A stretch of DNA of 64,000 nt from Marsupella aquatica (Eukaryota > Plantae > Marchantiophyta). The stretch's first letter is position 1. Each line of letters begins with the position of its first letter. Both the position numbers and the translations under genes were made by a program. Of the stretch, positions 62,797-64,000 are shown piece by piece. The notes beneath the pieces were generated by a model. The model was not told where the DNA came from, made no database searches, and worked only from the letters and a program-made list of their open reading frames with translations. The DNA lies in contig OZ316895.1 in assembly GCA_973895155.1 (NCBI GenBank), positions 4,141,659-4,205,658 of the forward strand. The letters are read 5' to 3'.

Positions 62797-64000
62797 ATGA
62801 GAAAGTCACAAAAAATGTTGTTTTTCACAACTTCTCAAAAAACTCGAAACTCAACACCGCCGCGTAGCCCACAAAGCTAGGAGTCCAATACTGAAAACCA
62901 AAATCAAAATCGAAATTTGACGGAAAAGTTATTCAAATTTCGGTCGAGGTGGGTAAAACCTTGGGAAACTCCCCCGTTTTGACCACCTCAGGGAATAACC
63001 GAAATACCAAGTACAACCCATTGTCGGAATTGCGATGTGATTGGTGCGCTGCATTGCCAACTTCAATGGCTACGACCTCGCCGAAAAATAACCAAAAAAG
63101 TTACCGTTCGGCGGATGAAATCTTTGTCGGACGGTCAAAAAATAGCTCTCTGGTTTTTTGGAATATTCTATGACCCTTGTACAGGCCCTGTGGGAATTTT
63201 GGAAGAACAATCGAGGGGCTGACATGTGTCCTCGAACCCCCAAAACCCCCTACCACCCTTCGTCGTCGAAATCTGGTCGCGCGCGCAGAAAATACACACG
63301 GCAGAATGTACCCCTTGACACCAAACGCAAGATATCTCACTCGGGTTTTGACGAAATCAAGATCCGATTTCAGATTTGGAAACTAGACTCCGAGGCGATG
63401 AAGATCGATATAAGAAGCACCCAAAACGAGGAAAGAACGAGGGAGAAAAAAATTGGTAAAGATGACAGATTTCTCTCAATTGCCATAGCCAATTTCGAAT
63501 CAGTTTTTCAAAGAGAAAAAAATGGTATCTTGTCAATAACGAATGTTGATCAATTGCACTTGGTGCCGTCACCAAGTCCAACAAGGTAATTGATTTTGCT
63601 TAGCCTTCCTCTTTGCATCAAAGAGCCAATCCCGGACTCAAAAACAATCGTCTTGCCTCAATCTCTCCGTTGAGTCAAAACACTTGACGCTTCTCCCTCC
63701 GAGTCGATTGCCAACTTTCTTCACAAAATCCAGAACGACGAAAACTTAGATCTCTCTGCACCACGAGCTCCGTTCAACGATTTCTTCACACCGTTAGAAA
63801 GCTCTTGCCCTGATCTATCCGTTGAGCCCATAAACTCCAAGTTCCATGCGATGGAACTCTGGAAAATCCACCAATACTCAACGCTGGAAAAACCGTCATG
63901 AAATCCCGTCACGAACACACGTCACCTCCCAAGCATGCTCTGATACCAATTGTTGAGCATAGACGACGATCGCAATGGCAAGCCCATGAACCATCCAACG

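Larger units (their letters stand above)
57844..64000 (-). mobile_element. Near-intact Ty1/copia LTR retrotransposon; the 5' LTR runs off the window
   Basis: 3' LTR 57844-58300 (TGTTG...CAACA), PPT AAGGGGAAGAT ~58301-58311, tRNA-iMet PBS TGGTATCAGAGC at 63948-63937. The visible 50 bp of the 5' LTR (63951-64000) is identical to the 3' LTR. Confidence 0.97.

Overview
Eukaryotic land-plant DNA, most likely a bryophyte such as a liverwort (inferred from a Delta6-type PUFA elongase, an intron-rich class II diterpene cyclase and the TE families). The first ~18.5 kb is a TE nest. A degenerate Ty1/copia element was hit by a large DNA transposon (at least 15 kb, left end outside the window). That transposon carries a DDD/DDE-type transposase and, convergent to it, a spliced gene fusing a ParB/Srx-like domain to a prokaryote-type beta-class N6A/N4C DNA methyltransferase. 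Its non-coding parts hold about 18 copies of a CGATA-N4-TATCG palindrome, making it the best candidate for an undescribed system (a TE self-marking or anti-silencing module). The transposase is interrupted by a gypsy-type remnant whose ~4 kb 3' LTR appears to contain an 887-codon gene. Host genes are a class II diterpene synthase (33.8-40.0 kb, +), an ABC1/UbiB kinase (42.8-48.8 kb, -) and an intronless ELO elongase (53.0-53.8 kb, -). A near-intact copia element fills 57.8-64 kb and shares an in-frame gag/pol TGA stop with the older copia. Several MITE families, tandem arrays and one long hairpin are also present. All calls were made by eye without database searches.
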